Shown: positions 60,920 to 64,000 of the stretch, piece after piece
How the letters are laid out: every line of letters begins with the position of its first letter
How positions within the stretch are numbered: the stretch's first letter is position 1
Assembly (NCBI RefSeq): GCF_018350175.1
Contig: NC_058368.1
Coordinates: 115,570,001-115,634,000 of the forward strand
Length of the DNA stretch: 64,000 nt
Reading direction: 5' to 3'
Source: Felis catus
Lineage: Eukaryota
Program-made: the position numbers and the translations under genes
Notes under the pieces: model-generated
What the model saw: the letters and a program-made list of their open reading frames with translations, nothing else
Told to the model about the DNA's origin: nothing
Database searches by the model: none

Positions 60920-62000
60920 GTTGGAGAGCCAGGCCTTGGGGTCACACAGACCTGGTTTCCAAATCCTGGCTTTGCCACTTATTGACCTTGTGACCTTAGG
61001 CAGGTGACTTTACTTCCCTGAGTCTCACCCTGTAAATGGGTGACAATACTAGTTAAAGAGTTACAGAAAGAATTCAGTGAGAAAATGTGTGTAAAATGCT
61101 TAGCACAGTACCTGGTAGAGTGAGTGTGCGTTATTAGGGTCTGCTATTACGTCTTCTGGGGACATAGGATTGGGAAGGAGCTAGATGCTCCTCTCCCAAA
61201 TAGGTCTTATATGTGGGGCTTTTTCTCAACCCTATGACCTATTCAAAACCCTTCTCTCCAGTCTTTAGTTTCCCTATCTGCAAATCACATCACAGGCAGA
61301 TTCAAGTTCTCTGGGATTTAGAGGATGGGAGGGGGTCACTATCTAGAGTCTTTTCTCTGTGTCTCTCTACCTTTTTCCTCGTGGGCCCCTCAGGGATAGT
61401 GACTTTTTACAGTTTGGGGTGAGGAATAAGAGCCATTCTCCATTTTACAGATGGGAGACTGAGGCTCAGTGTAGGCGAGAGGTTTGGTCAAGTCAACAGG
61501 AAGAGACAGGATGGAGCCAGAAACCTAGACTTTAGGACTCCCGTCCCCTACATGGTCCTGTTAACACCCTTGCTCCCCACGCACAAGCCCTGGAAAGATA
61601 GATCCCCCTCCTCTAATTCCTTGGCCCACTTATGTTGAGCTAGCCTTCCTCGGCTTACCCAGCGGGAGGGAGATCCTGAGTGAGTGAGTGGGTGGGCTCT
61701 GATCCCAGGTCGGTGTCAGCTTGGTCATTACTTTGGGAAACGTTAGTCTAGATCCAGAGGGTCCCAAATGGAGAGGGCATTGCTTTCTCTACATCACAAC
61801 TGTTTACCGAACTGCCTGCTCTAAATGGGGCAATAATCATCTTCCTTCAGAAGGTGTGTAGGAAGATTCAGTGAGACAAAGAATACAGTGTCTGGCACAC
61901 GGGAAGTCCTCGTTCCTTAACATATTAGCTATTACCCTCCTGGTTCCATGTGATAGACAGAGAAACAGACTCAGAGGCCTTATGCCAAGGTCACACAGAG
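60920..62000. mobile_element. Several MIR relics (~60920-61140, ~61420-61550, ~61830-62000)
   Basis: MIR motifs such as GTAAAATGCTTAGCACAGTACCTGG and CATTTTACAGATGGGAGACTGAGGCTCAG. Confidence 0.7.
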
Positions 62001-63089
62001 AGGAAGGACTCTTCTGATCCTTCCGCTCTTCTAGGGGAGGGAACCTGGCCTGACAGAGGTACCTGGTAAGGAACGCTTTGTCTTTATCTGAAGTGTCCCA
62101 GATCACTCCCTAGAGCTGCAGGTCAGGGCACACTGCCTGCCTGGGGCCTCAGTGTTCTTGTCCATGAAATGGGCTGACCCCCTCCTCCAGCTGTTTTTTG
62201 AGAGCTCTGTAAAGGAGAGTAGAGTACCGTGTACTCCTGGGGTCTTCTTTAGCATGTTTCATTCTTCACGTAATGGGGTTTGTGCCTGCCCTAGGTGAAG
62301 GGGTCTAAGAGGGTCAGGGATATGGAGCCAGGGAAACAGAACTGTAGCCCCCTGCTGTCTTTGGTAGTTGGTCTTGGGGGGTTATTAGTCCTGAGGAAAT
62401 TCTAGTAGTACTGAGGACATGTCCTACCCCAGGCCATCTGCTGGGTGTTAGCAGTGGTTAGTGTGTGCTCGAATGTGTGTTCACCTATAGCTGGATGTGT
62501 GCCCTGTGCTCTCTAGCGAGGGCTGCATTTCTCCCAGCCTCCAAGACCACTGTCTCCATGTGCATCTCCTTGGGCCTGAGTGGGGCTTTTTTTCCCCTCT
62601 GGAAACTCCCTAGGCTGAATCATGGAAATCAGAGACGCCACCCCCAATCCCGCCCTCCCTCCCCCCCACCCCCGGCTTGCTCAGCTCATCTAAGTTCAAC
62701 CACCATAGCCTGTGGTCTGTTCTCTTCACCACCGCTGCTTTGCCCACCATCAGTCTGTCTGTCCATCTCACCTCCCCTGGAGGCCAGGAAGACCAGCTCC
62801 AAAGTTGGTAGAGGGGACATGAAGAGGGTGTAGCAGGGATGTCAGGAGTGCACACGGAAGTGTGGGGAAGAATGTGAAGAGCCAGAGTGTGCAGGTCTGC
62901 AAAGCTGGCCTGCCCAGACGATGGCGGAATGGTGGGCCCTACTGGGCCAGTGCCTCCGGGTCCTGAAGGCCCCTCTGGAATGCAACCTTCTCCAAGAAGC
63001 CTTCTGTCAGCAGGTAGGATGGCTGGGAGTCTATTCTAGCCAGCAAAGGAGCAAGAGAGGATTGGCGCCTTGCCCTCAGACTTTGTCCT

Positions 63090-63640
63090 TGGCAGTGGTG
63101 GTGGTGGCGCAACTCTGTAAATTTATTAAAAATCATTGAATTGTACACTAATAAATGGGTGAATTTTATTGTTTATAAACTATGCGGGGCACCTGGGTGG
63201 CTCAGTCGGTTGAGCATCCAAATCTTGATTTCAGCTCAGGTCATGATCTCACAGTTCGATGGTTCGAGTCCCAAGTCAGGCTCCATGCTAACAGATCAGA
63301 GCCTTCTTGGGATTCTCTCCCTCTCTTTCTCTCTGTCTTTCGGTCTCTCTCCCTCAAAATAAATACACTTAAAAAAAAAAAAAGAAGAAAGAAAAGAAAG
63401 AAAGAAACTATACCTCAGTAAAGCTGTTAAAAAAAAATCCTACCCTTGGCCTCAGCGCCCTGCCCAGTTGGGACTCGGCCAACCTCCCGACCATACCTCG
63501 CACCCTCTTCCTTATTTCTTTTTTTTTTTTTTTTTTTTTGAAGCAAACTCTACCCCCCAACAGGGGGATCAAACTCACGACCCTGAGATCAAGAGTCACA
63601 TGCTGTACCGCATGCTCTACCGACGAGCCAGGGACCCTTC
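63090..63640. mobile_element. Old L1 3'-end fragment split by a + Can-SINE (63186-63404), followed by a short - Can-SINE (~63515-63637)
   Basis: L1 tail ATTGAATTGTACAC...AAACTATACCTCAGTAAAGCTG. TSD AAACTAT at 63177-63183 and 63405-63411. Confidence 0.85.
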
Positions 63641-64000
63641 TTCCCCTTTTCTTAAGAACTGTTTTCCGGCTCATGTCCCCTTTGGTAACCTCCCCTTGTC
63701 TTTAGCTCACAGGCTAGCAGTCCCTTCCTCCAGAAAGGCCTCCAGTGATCCACTTGGTTGCCTTCCTGCTCTCATTTCATATTGGTTCATGTGACCACTG
63801 GCCAAGCTCCTGTGTACTCCTCCAGGGCCGTGCTGGGTCTGTATCCTGCACTGTTGCCCCAGTACCACAGGGCATGGGGCCGCTTTTGGGTAAATGGTAG
63901 TGGGATGTGTGCATGTCTCTGTGCAGACAGCGTCATGCCTCCCCCCCCCAGTGCCCCTTCCCCCATTGCGGTCTGGCCCAAAGGCCTCAGGACAGAGCCC

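Larger units (their letters stand above)
37403..64000 (+). other. CXXC5: CXXC5 large first intron (continues beyond the window)
   Basis: No CXXC zinc-finger or other CXXC5 coding sequence seen. GC-rich DNA with MIR/L2 relics and regulatory-looking patches. Confidence 0.7.

Overview
Mammalian genomic DNA, very probably a felid, because several young tRNA-derived Can-SINEs match the cat SINEC_Fc type. The left ~19 kb is AT-rich and packed with SINEs and old L1 fragments. It holds the last five coding exons of the ubiquitin-conjugating enzyme gene UBE2D2 (+ strand; 7163-7194, 7273-7350, 7439-7544, 13034-13127, 15529-15574; all GT-AG, frame intact, catalytic Cys codon at 7493-7495) and a ~1.6 kb 3' UTR with tandem poly(A) signals. 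At ~19-21 kb the DNA becomes GC-rich, MIR-rich and SINE-poor, with a textbook CTCF motif at 20884-20902. The rest looks like the regulatory domain of CXXC5: an orphan CpG island (~24.9-25.3 kb), the main CpG-island promoter and non-coding first exon (donor at 37403), and ~26 kb of intron with further CpG-rich patches, homeobox clusters, a CRE and perfect DR2/DR4 elements. No CXXC5 coding exon is visible in the window. Almost all ORFs in the supplied track are SINE- or low-complexity-derived. I found no new protein-coding system. The best leads are (i) inverted young SINEs flanking UBE2D2 exons that would back-splice into a 216-nt stop-free in-frame circle, (ii) a Can-SINE that appears to carry a 3'-transduced foreign segment, and (iii) the insulator/enhancer architecture of the CXXC5 domain. 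Gene names and repeat families were assigned from memory, not from database searches.
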